A stretch of DNA of 32,000 bases, taken from NCBI RefSeq assembly GCF_900083515.1, contig NZ_LT671858.1:1110001-1142000 (forward strand), in the 5' to 3' direction. Source of the stretch: Cuniculiplasma divulgatum (GTDB lineage Archaea; Thermoplasmatota; Thermoplasmata; Thermoplasmatales; Thermoplasmataceae). The notes under the pieces are model-generated. The model saw only the letters and a program-made list of their open reading frames with translations. It made no database searches and had not been told where the DNA came from. Shown piece by piece: positions 24,679-32,000 of the stretch; the stretch's first letter is position 1, and the number at the start of each line of letters is the position of its first letter. A program made the translations under genes and the position numbers.

Positions 24679-25776
24679 TTGGCCAAAGACTATTACAAAA
24701 CACTGGGAGTTGAAAAGAATGCCTCCCCAGAGGAAATAAAAAAGGCATTCAGACAACTTGCCAGGAAATGGCATCCTGATGCCAATCCAAATAACAAAGC
24801 AGAATCAGAACAGAAATTCAAGGAAATTAGCGAGGCCTATGAGGTTCTTTCTGACGAAAATAAAAGAAAGGTATACGATCAAACCGGTCAGGTTAATTTC
24901 GGATCTAATGGAAGCGAAGGATTTAAATGGCAAGATTTCTCCCATTTCAATGATTTCTCAGACATTTTTGATGATATATTCAGGAACTTCGGTGGTGGAG
25001 GTTCATTTAGATCGGGATATGGTGGGAGAGATACAAGGCAACTTGATCTAAGTCTTAGTCTCTCAATTTCAATGGCAGAATCTTACAGAGGGGCAAAAAA
25101 AGAGGTAAGATATAAGAGAACCATAGACTGCCCAAACTGCAATGGGAAAGGATTTGAAGGAAACGATGTGAAGACATGCCCAACTTGTAACGGTACAGGT
25201 CAGGAAAGAGTTGTTCAACAGTCAGGTATATTCAGAATGGTAAACGTGATCACCTGCAGGACATGTAATGGGAGAGGTTACGTAGGCAGTACAAAATGCC
25301 ACGTTTGTCACGGTTCAGGCAAAAAGACAGAAGTTGAGACAAGAACTATAGATATTCCCGCAGGAATAAGCGATAATACTCAATTTGTAATAAGGGGTAT
25401 CGGTGATCAGGAAGGGGGACAAACTGGTGATCTTTACGTTCTAGTGAACGTGAGAGAAGAAAGCGGATACAGAAGGTCTAATTATGATCTTATAGTGGAA
25501 AAGGAAGTGGCCTTTCCAGATGTGGCCCTTGGGAAAGATGAAAGCGTAAATATATTCGGAGAGGATATTAAATTTAAAATACCGGCGGGGACTCAACCTG
25601 GCGAAGCCATAAGGCTAAGAAATCTTGGATTCCCTCACACACGGGGAACGGGAAAAGGAGATTTGCTTATAAGGATCAAGGTAGTTGTTCCAAAAAAACT
25701 CAATTCTACCCAGAGGGAAATTATAGAGAAGTTATCTGAAGAACTTAACACAAAGCATTCCTGGTTTGGAAAATAA
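24679..25776 (+). CDS. dnaJ: Type I Hsp40 co-chaperone DnaJ
   Basis: TTG start. It has a J domain with HPD (DYYKTLGV…KWHPDANP), a G/F-rich region ([16 protein letters not shown]) and four CxxCxGxG repeats ([32 protein letters not shown]). Confidence 0.95.
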   Translation: MAKDYYKTLGVEKNASPEEIKKAFRQLARKWHPDANPNNKAESEQKFKEISEAYEVLSDENKRKVYDQTGQVNFGSNGSEGFKWQDFSHFNDFSDIFDDIFRNFGGGGSFRSGYGGRDTRQLDLSLSLSISMAESYRGAKKEVRYKRTIDCPNCNGKGFEGNDVKTCPTCNGTGQERVVQQSGIFRMVNVITCRTCNGRGYVGSTKCHVCHGSGKKTEVETRTIDIPAGISDNTQFVIRGIGDQEGGQTGDLYVLVNVREESGYRRSNYDLIVEKEVAFPDVALGKDESVNIFGEDIKFKIPAGTQPGEAIRLRNLGFPHTRGTGKGDLLIRIKVVVPKKLNSTQREIIEKLSEELNTKHSWFGK

Positions 25777-25887
25777 GTTGTACTAATTATAAGTTCAATA
25801 CTAAATTAAAAAAAATAATATATTATTACTATCCAAAAAATCGAAAAATCTTTATAAACTTGTATAAGTTTACGTTTAGAGGTAAAA

Positions 25888-25992
25888 ATGGAAATAAAAC
25901 TAACCAAAAAGAGAATCAAGGAGGATCTAAAATTTTTTATGGAAGATGATCCAATAGGAAAAATGGTATATGACGCTTTAGATAAATTATAA
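25888..25992 (+). CDS. Possible small protein gene (34 aa: MEIKLTKKRIKEDLKFFMEDDPIGKMVYDALDKL)
   Basis: It is not in the ORF track because it is too short. GAGGT lies 4 nt upstream of the ATG. A TATA-like ctttataaac lies about 33 nt upstream. An oligo-T run (taattttttaa) follows the stop immediately. It sits in an otherwise empty 459-nt intergenic region. Confidence 0.3.
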   Translation: MEIKLTKKRIKEDLKFFMEDDPIGKMVYDALDKL

Positions 25993-26235
25993 TTTTTTAA
26001 AACCGATTAATAAGTTTCAAATCTATACAGTTCTTTTAGCCTTGGAACCTTGAACACTTAAAATTTATTGGATATATGAATGACTGTAATTAAATGGCGA
26101 TCAACTAAGACGTTTTATTTCAAAAAATAATAAAGTGAGACTGTATGATTGTTTACTTTTTTGTTCACTTCTAAATCATATATAAAATGGAGGATAGGCA
26201 AATACTTAAATACGAACAGTCCCTTAATATAAACA

Positions 26236-26676
26236 ATGAAAATGCTAGTAGCCTTCGATAATTCGCCAAGTGGTAGGAAAGCCCTGAGCTTCGCTTTAAA
26301 ATTTGAACCTATTTGTGAATTTTTGACCGTACTATATGTGAATCCCGGGATGGTAAGAGTCGCGTCTAATGTGGATACAATTGTTCCAGAAGCAGTATTT
26401 AGTGATCAGAACAAATTTGTAGAAGAAATTCAAAAGGCAGCCGTTGAGTTAATTGGTGATAGGGCAATTAGATATGAATTTGTTAAGGTAGAAGCGACCG
26501 GAGACGAAGTTGCAAAAAAGATTTATGATACCGCAATGTCTAAACAGGCTGATTTTATAATAACCGGGACAAGAAAACTGACAGGTTTAAGTAAATTCAT
26601 TCTGGGCTCTGTGAGTTCCGAATTGATAAAGATTGCACAGATTCCAGTAATGGTAGTATCTCCAGATGATATTTGA
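26236..26676 (+). CDS. Universal stress protein (UspA family)
   Basis: 146 aa. It opens with the typical MLVAFDNSPSGRKAL and has the ATP-binding-type motif ITGTRKLTGLSKFILGSVSSELI…. Confidence 0.85.
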   Translation: MKMLVAFDNSPSGRKALSFALKFEPICEFLTVLYVNPGMVRVASNVDTIVPEAVFSDQNKFVEEIQKAAVELIGDRAIRYEFVKVEATGDEVAKKIYDTAMSKQADFIITGTRKLTGLSKFILGSVSSELIKIAQIPVMVVSPDDI

Positions 26677-26752
26677 TTCAAATTGAAAAAAAATTCTTTG
26701 ATTTAATAAACTAAGAAATTTCAGATCAAAGTAAGATCGCATTAGATTATCT

Positions 26753-28621
26753 TTAAATAACGACCATTATAAGAACCAGAAACAGCGCCATAATAATGTA
26801 CTGAACGTACCTGTTTATATTTCCGTTCATAAAAAATTTTCCAAATTTTATAGACAGTCTTGAGTAAAGTTTTGCCAGGTCGATCATGAATATCCAGAAG
26901 ATATCAAACGTCCTCTCTTGATATTTTGAACCTTCTCTTTCTTCTCTTGAAAGATACACCTTTTTCAATATGATTCTCAACGTGTTTGCATAGGCAAATG
27001 AATTCATTTCCTCACTCTGATCTATTCCACCGTTCCATACAGGAATCTTTCTGTCATTTCCTCTTGATAATAATGATACTATAAGGGCCGTCAAAAATAT
27101 GAATAGAATATCAAAAGTGGGTGACAGAAACCCAAAGAATCCCACATGAGCTGGAGAATACAGTAGAAATGGGTATATTATTCCTTTCAAACTGGATAGA
27201 AAGATCGTTTGTGTTCCAATTCCAACAAATGTTCCAATAAATTTTGAATACATATAAACATAGGCTGGGGCTATAACTGTGAGAGAGAGTATTATAGTTC
27301 CTGAAATCTTCAGTGGAGTTCCTATTCTATGACCACTTTCACTATTGTCATTCTTTCTTGTTGTAAATCCAAAATATTTTGTAAAGGTAGGAATGGTTAT
27401 ACCTGCACCCAGTGCAGCCATAGATCCAGAGATTATTGCAACAACTGCGAATATTAAATTTGATGAAATAGATGAAATAAAGAGAGATTCAAGAAGAAGC
27501 CATTCGCCTATACCCCCACCGAGAGGGGCCAGTCCCATGAGGGATATCACTGATACTGCTGCTCCAACTCTTGCATATGGTGTAAGACCATTTCCTCTCA
27601 TAGTAGGAAGATTATTATTGTCTGAGATGCTTGAAAGTATGAACACTGAAGATTTAGCCCATGCGTGGGCTGTGGCATAGATAAATATCCCCAGCATGAT
27701 GAATGATGCCATTACGGGGTCATTCATTCCCTTCCAGACAATGAGAAGACCTACAAAAATGATCATTGCTCCTGAATTTTCCACTGTGCTGTATGCCGGT
27801 AACATCTTACTGTTCTCAGAAGATAACGCAAAAATTGAACCGAAAAGCAGAGAGAATGAACCTATCACCATAAGGATCAAACCCAAAACAAAGTTTGATG
27901 AAGATGTGAGAACAAATTCAACTATACCGTAAAGTGCCAGAGTTGTCATTGCAGCACTAAACAGTATTGAACCAGGAGTAGGGGAATTTCCATGGGCAAT
28001 TGGAAGCCACTCGACCATCTGTAATGGAACTATACCCATTTTGAAAGTAAATCCCAGAATAATTATTAGAAGAATATATGGATTTGTAAGGGCTGCACCA
28101 AGTAATAAACTGCCAGTTGATACATAATAACCTGCAAATCCCAAAATAAGGAATACTGTGCTGAGTTCTCCAAATGAAATGAAAACAAAGGGGGGATATG
28201 ATTTAGTTTCTTTCTTCAACCCAATCATTAGATAACCACTTATGGTCATGGATTCCCAAAACATCAGAAATAGAACGATATTGTCAGAAATGAGAACTGA
28301 ATTTATGGATGCTATGGTAAGACCCACAAAGAATGCGAGCTTTCTGTCCTGAGGCATATAAAATAGAGAGAATACGAAAACGAGAAATTCTACAACTGAG
28401 ATTATAAGTAGAAAGGTTACGTTAGGTCCCTGCAACATTATGCTGAAGTTACCTATTAACAGTGTTCCCGTTGAGAGATATCCAATCATAGAAATAATGG
28501 CAATTGCAGAATTCAGCAATGTAAAGAAAATGCCAAAATAATATGATAGTCTGGCCGAAAAAAGTGATATAGGGAGTGAAAGAAACGGTAGTACAAAAAG
28601 AAATAGAAGAAGATAGATCAT
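26753..28621 (-). CDS. NuoL/HyfB/MrpA-like antiporter-type membrane subunit
   Basis: 622-aa polytopic protein. It carries the proton-conducting transporter signature …GIVPLQMVEWLPIAHGNSPTPGSILFSAAMTTLALYG…. Its start overlaps the upstream stop (ATGA). Confidence 0.85.
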   Translation of the reverse strand: MIYLLLFLFVLPFLSLPISLFSARLSYYFGIFFTLLNSAIAIISMIGYLSTGTLLIGNFSIMLQGPNVTFLLIISVVEFLVFVFSLFYMPQDRKLAFFVGLTIASINSVLISDNIVLFLMFWESMTISGYLMIGLKKETKSYPPFVFISFGELSTVFLILGFAGYYVSTGSLLLGAALTNPYILLIIILGFTFKMGIVPLQMVEWLPIAHGNSPTPGSILFSAAMTTLALYGIVEFVLTSSSNFVLGLILMVIGSFSLLFGSIFALSSENSKMLPAYSTVENSGAMIIFVGLLIVWKGMNDPVMASFIMLGIFIYATAHAWAKSSVFILSSISDNNNLPTMRGNGLTPYARVGAAVSVISLMGLAPLGGGIGEWLLLESLFISSISSNLIFAVVAIISGSMAALGAGITIPTFTKYFGFTTRKNDNSESGHRIGTPLKISGTIILSLTVIAPAYVYMYSKFIGTFVGIGTQTIFLSSLKGIIYPFLLYSPAHVGFFGFLSPTFDILFIFLTALIVSLLSRGNDRKIPVWNGGIDQSEEMNSFAYANTLRIILKKVYLSREEREGSKYQERTFDIFWIFMIDLAKLYSRLSIKFGKFFMNGNINRYVQYIIMALFLVLIMVVI

Positions 28622-29247
28622 TTACGCCCCCTCACTTTTTCCAGCGCTTCAATTATAACGAAAGGATCAGGAGGACAACCTCCAATGATTAGGTCAGGAT
28701 CTAAAAGAGATTCAAGATCTTTTCCGAATATATTCCCAGATAGAGCACATGCACCAAAAAGTATTACAACCGCAGGCTTTGACATTGCACCAATAGCTGC
28801 CCTGATCACAGGAATCATCTTTTCGCTGTAGACCCCCATTATTACAAGCGCATCTGCCTGTTTTGGGGTATTGGTGAAGAAAATGCCAAGCCTGGAAACA
28901 TCGTAATAGGGATTATTAATAGAATGAAGTTCTGTATTGCATGAGCCACATGTTCCTGAATCTATTGGAAATATCTTAAATGATCTTCTTAGTGCCCTTT
29001 CTTTTCTCTTTAATTCATAATTATCTGTCCTCAGAGATGGTTCGAATGAAGTTACACACAGACCACAGGAAATGCATTTTCGCATATCTACGCCTTTTTT
29101 ATCTATGGCATCCGCAGGGCAGAAAACCTCTTCATCTCCTCTCCTTACCGGGATTGTACTCCATGGTGATATGGTCTCGTTTTTCTTTGCTGGAAACTTT
29201 GTGGTTATGATACCCTTTCTTATAGAATCAACAGGCCAAATCTTCAC
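28618..29247 (-). CDS. HycG/NuoB-like small subunit fused to a degenerate HycF/NuoI-like ferredoxin N-terminal remnant
   Basis: 209 aa with a GTG start in a GTGA overlap. The C-part has NuoB/HycG motifs: DSGTCGSCNTEL, NPYYDVSRLGI, FGACALSG, GGCPPDP (four Cys for the proximal 4Fe-4S). The N-part (…KFPAKK…VFCPADAI…CISCGLCVTSFEP) retains one CP and one CxxCxxC. Confidence 0.85.
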   Translation of the reverse strand: MKIWPVDSIRKGIITTKFPAKKNETISPWSTIPVRRGDEEVFCPADAIDKKGVDMRKCISCGLCVTSFEPSLRTDNYELKRKERALRRSFKIFPIDSGTCGSCNTELHSINNPYYDVSRLGIFFTNTPKQADALVIMGVYSEKMIPVIRAAIGAMSKPAVVILFGACALSGNIFGKDLESLLDPDLIIGGCPPDPFVIIEALEKVRGRK

Positions 29248-30443
29248 TCAATATCACCCATTTCACTTAACCATATGCCGAAGCTTTCAAATGCAAAGGG
29301 TATGTCTGTTTTCACATTTCCCTTTATTCCCAGTGCAAAGGCTTCCATGTTCAGCACGGAAGGAGTGCGAATGTATAGTTTACCAATTTTTTCATTTTCC
29401 ACATCTAACACAATCCTTGCATCTCCAGATGGTGTCTCGATACCGCTGGAACTCAATGCATCATATGTCTCACCTTTAAAATCTTCAAACTTCCTTGAGA
29501 CTGCATCTTCAATTAGCTGAAGGGAAGAAAATACTTCAGCTGAGAATACAAGAAAGCGGGACAATGAGTCTCCTCCATCCTCTGTTACGGGTTTAAAATT
29601 TGACTCCTTATAGTATGGATCAAACGATCTGTAGTCATAGGAAATACCTGCTGCCCTGAGAACAGGCCCTCTCTGGAATTTTTCTTCTATTTTACATGTG
29701 TTTTCAATCCTGTCTATGAATATTCTTGAAACTGTCAACCCATCAATTATCCTCCTGTATTCAGAAACAACTTCTTTTGCAGTATCTACAATTTTCGTGA
29801 CGTTTATTTTTCTTCCTATCCCACCTATCCTGTTCACTCCGAACATGTACCTATGACCTGTTTCCGTAGCCACTGCTCTCATCATTCTTTCCCTCAGCGC
29901 AAGCAGCCAGTACGAAGCTATATTTTGTGATGCCGCCTCACACAGCCTTGCAGTTTTAAAAATGTGAGAAATTATTCTCTCTATCTCCAGCAGAATCAGT
30001 CTTATTTTTACTGTTTCACCGGTAACAACAAGATCTAATTTCCTTTCAATCTCCCTTGCCAAAAGTGTGCTGTATGAAAAGCTGTGAAAACCATTAAATC
30101 TCTCCATCATTAAAAGTCCCCTTTCAAATGAAGATCCTGAAAATTTCATTACTCTCTTCTTAAAATCTGGAATCGCATCCAGTGAAAGAATTCTTTCACC
30201 GTAGGTATAAATCTTGAAATCTACTGTTTCTACCATCCCTCCAGTACTCGGACCATAATTGAATGGAAATACATTTTCTCCTGTTACTCTGTGATGGTAT
30301 ATTCCTCTTAGGGGATCGTAAATTCTTAAATTCTGAATTTCCTTTAAGTGGGATTCTTCTACCATCTCAGAATCATCTCTAATAAGGTAATATATTCCTT
30401 CCCTTTCAAAAAAACCAGTTACATTTTCTGTGTCCGGAATCAT
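29244..30443 (-). CDS. HycE/NuoD-like large subunit lacking all four [NiFe]-ligand cysteines (Ehr-type)
   Basis: 399 aa. ERFNGFHSFSYSTLL aligns with the HycE motif ERVCGICGFAHSTAY, so Cys changes to Asn and His. The C-terminal …AFESFGIWLSEM aligns with …ASIDPCYSCTDR, so Cys changes to Gly and Leu. There are ATGA/GTGA overlaps on both sides. Confidence 0.85.
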   Translation of the reverse strand: MIPDTENVTGFFEREGIYYLIRDDSEMVEESHLKEIQNLRIYDPLRGIYHHRVTGENVFPFNYGPSTGGMVETVDFKIYTYGERILSLDAIPDFKKRVMKFSGSSFERGLLMMERFNGFHSFSYSTLLAREIERKLDLVVTGETVKIRLILLEIERIISHIFKTARLCEAASQNIASYWLLALRERMMRAVATETGHRYMFGVNRIGGIGRKINVTKIVDTAKEVVSEYRRIIDGLTVSRIFIDRIENTCKIEEKFQRGPVLRAAGISYDYRSFDPYYKESNFKPVTEDGGDSLSRFLVFSAEVFSSLQLIEDAVSRKFEDFKGETYDALSSSGIETPSGDARIVLDVENEKIGKLYIRTPSVLNMEAFALGIKGNVKTDIPFAFESFGIWLSEMGDIE

Positions 30444-31795
30444 AAGAAACCTCCCAAATATACAAAAATTATGGAAAAAGCAAAGAGTACAGACAATCCT
30501 GCAACGTACTTTTGAGTTCTTTCCAACTGGATTACTTCCTGCCCATCTGCATTGCCATCAAAAATCATTACTGAAACTTTCTGTATAAGTGATATAGAAA
30601 TGATAAACAGACATATCACAATAATGATTACAGCAGCAATGGTTCCATTGTTGATCAACTGGTAAATGATCAAAAATTCTCCTAAAAAAGTAGTAAATGG
30701 TGGTGCACCAGTAACTATGAGCGAGGATGCCAGCAAGGACATTGAAGTTGATGGCATCCTGTTCCTCAATCCTCTAATTTCATCAATCTTTTTTGTACCA
30801 AAACCATTCAGAATATTCCCAGAGGAAAAGAATGCACCAGATTTACCAAATGCATGGGTGAGAATGATGAAGAGAGCTCCCACAAGGGCAAGACCACCTG
30901 TGATCAGGCCAAGGGTTATGAGGGCCATATTCTCCATTGTTGAATAGGCAAACATTCTCTTTATATTTCTCTGTGAGGGCATTATAAGGGCAACGAAAAC
31001 AAGAGTTGCGAGGATGAATATAAGAAAGATTTCTTCAAGGCGTGGCGTGTATGTGGCAAGAAAGAATCTGTATAATGCATATGCTGCAACAGGCAGGAGA
31101 ATTCCTGAAAACATAGCACTGATCTCAGATGGGGCTTCTCCATGTGCATCAGGAAGCCATGTGTGCATTGGGAATATTCCAATCTTTGTTCCAAATCCAA
31201 CCAGAGCAGTAGCACCTGCAATTGTGAGAATAAAGGAAGGAGAGTGTCCGGTTTCTATAATGGCAACAGAGTTCAGCGTGTGATAATTTAGATATATGAG
31301 TATCACTGAAATTAATGCGAGTGTAAGGCCAGTAGATACAATCAAAACATATCTCCATGCTGCCTCTATCTCAGTTTTCTGCCTTTCTATTATTAGCAGT
31401 AAGGCGCTTGATGCCGTTGTCGCCTCTATTCCAATCCACATCAATCCAAAATCGTTTATGACCAGAGTGAAAAGCATTGTGAAAACAAACAAATGCATCA
31501 ATGAATAGTGCAGCTTCAGATTTCTTGACTCTTTTATTTTACTGTGATAGGTCGACGCAAAGAATATAGATAGGGTATATACAAGCGATACTGAAATAAC
31601 AAGAATCCTGTTCACAGAATTTATGTTAAAATGTGAATATACCCCCATTGGAATTGATAGCACTACAAATGAAACAATGACTTCTATGACACTTCCTATC
31701 TTTCCAATCAACTGGGAAAGATTACTAAAGTATGAAAAGGATAGAACTACCGGTATAATCAGCAAAATATAGATGAGTAAAGTATCCAAGTTCAT
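30440..31795 (-). CDS. NuoN/NuoM/HyfF/MrpD-like antiporter-type membrane subunit
   Basis: 451-aa polytopic protein with the signature …GFGTKIGIFPMHTWLPDAHGEAPSEISAMFSGILLPVAAY…. Confidence 0.85.
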   Translation of the reverse strand: MNLDTLLIYILLIIPVVLSFSYFSNLSQLIGKIGSVIEVIVSFVVLSIPMGVYSHFNINSVNRILVISVSLVYTLSIFFASTYHSKIKESRNLKLHYSLMHLFVFTMLFTLVINDFGLMWIGIEATTASSALLLIIERQKTEIEAAWRYVLIVSTGLTLALISVILIYLNYHTLNSVAIIETGHSPSFILTIAGATALVGFGTKIGIFPMHTWLPDAHGEAPSEISAMFSGILLPVAAYALYRFFLATYTPRLEEIFLIFILATLVFVALIMPSQRNIKRMFAYSTMENMALITLGLITGGLALVGALFIILTHAFGKSGAFFSSGNILNGFGTKKIDEIRGLRNRMPSTSMSLLASSLIVTGAPPFTTFLGEFLIIYQLINNGTIAAVIIIVICLFIISISLIQKVSVMIFDGNADGQEVIQLERTQKYVAGLSVLFAFSIIFVYLGGFL

Positions 31796-32000
31796 CCTAT
31801 CAACTCCTCCATCTTTTCAGAAGTGTGATCCCCTGTCAGTAATACGGCTGCAACAATAACCAGAGCTAAAACATCCAGAAGTACACTTATCTCAACAATA
31901 AGTGGCAAGGGGAATATGCCAAGACTCAACAGAATCATTGCATTCTCCTCTTCAATATATCCGGTGAACTGTGTTATCTTGTTCTTTCTTGTTCCTATAA
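31792..32000 (-). CDS. 3' end of a truncated gene, probably a NuoK/MrpC(MnhC)/HyfE-like small membrane subunit
   Basis: My own translation of the minus strand gives an open frame to the window edge: …ITQFTGYIEEENAMILLSLGIFPLPLIVEISVLLDVLALVIVAAVLLTGDHTSEKMEELIG*. The TGA overlaps the next ATG (ATGA). The hydrophobic helix followed by an acidic tail resembles MnhC/NuoK C-termini. This is a partial gene, so confidence is moderate. Confidence 0.45.
   Translation of the reverse strand, partial: IGTRKNKITQFTGYIEEENAMILLSLGIFPLPLIVEISVLLDVLALVIVAAVLLTGDHTSEKMEELIG

Noticed and set aside
29244-30443. Calling the 399-aa protein a functional [NiFe] hydrogenase large subunit
   Set aside because: All four metal-ligand cysteines of the two conserved motifs are substituted (N, H, G, L by my alignment). 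It is homologous to HycE but cannot bind a NiFe centre in the canonical way.
1-32000. Search for rRNA, tRNA, CRISPR arrays, IS elements, integrases and long direct or inverted repeats
   Set aside because: None of the intergenic regions is GC-rich or long enough to hold a tRNA-like structure. I saw no spaced identical repeats, and no ORF has transposase or integrase motifs. I therefore report none.

Overview
AT-rich archaeal-looking chromosomal segment. GC looks to be in the mid-to-upper 30s % by eye (not computed). It most resembles a Thermoplasmata-type euryarchaeon: the DnaK N-terminus is [19 protein letters not shown]..., TATA-like boxes sit about 25-35 nt upstream of several starts, leaders are short or absent, and there are many ATGA/GTGA stop-start overlaps. 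I support about 29 protein-coding genes. I see no rRNA, tRNA, CRISPR array, transposase or integrase.

Layout:
- 88-2796 (+): 3-gene operon with an SPFH/band-7 protein and zinc-ribbon proteins.
- 2798-8168: housekeeping or accessory enzymes and transporters (alpha/beta hydrolase, Nox/CoADR-type flavoprotein, histidine phosphatase, two MFS transporters).
- 8358-20149: the most interesting locus. An ESCRT-III-like gene and a MIT-AAA (Vps4/CdvC-like) ATPase operon bracket a tightly coupled five-gene minus-strand operon. That operon is built around two paralogous polytopic-membrane proteins with C-terminal P-loop GTPase-like domains, one with intact G motifs and one degenerate. It also encodes three large soluble proteins of unknown function, one with an N-terminus reminiscent of GTPase-associated protein 1 of bacterial GTPase-centred conflict systems.
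- 20195-26676: rhodanese, a small membrane protein, an extra J-domain protein divergent from a bacterial-type grpE-dnaK-dnaJ operon, a possible 34-aa small ORF, and a universal stress protein.
- 26753-32000 (-): translationally coupled cluster related to complex I and group-4 hydrogenases. Its HycE/NuoD-like large subunit has lost all four [NiFe] cysteine ligands (Ehr-type), and its small subunit is fused to a degenerate HycF/NuoI-like ferredoxin remnant.

All functional calls come from reading motifs by eye. No database search was possible.
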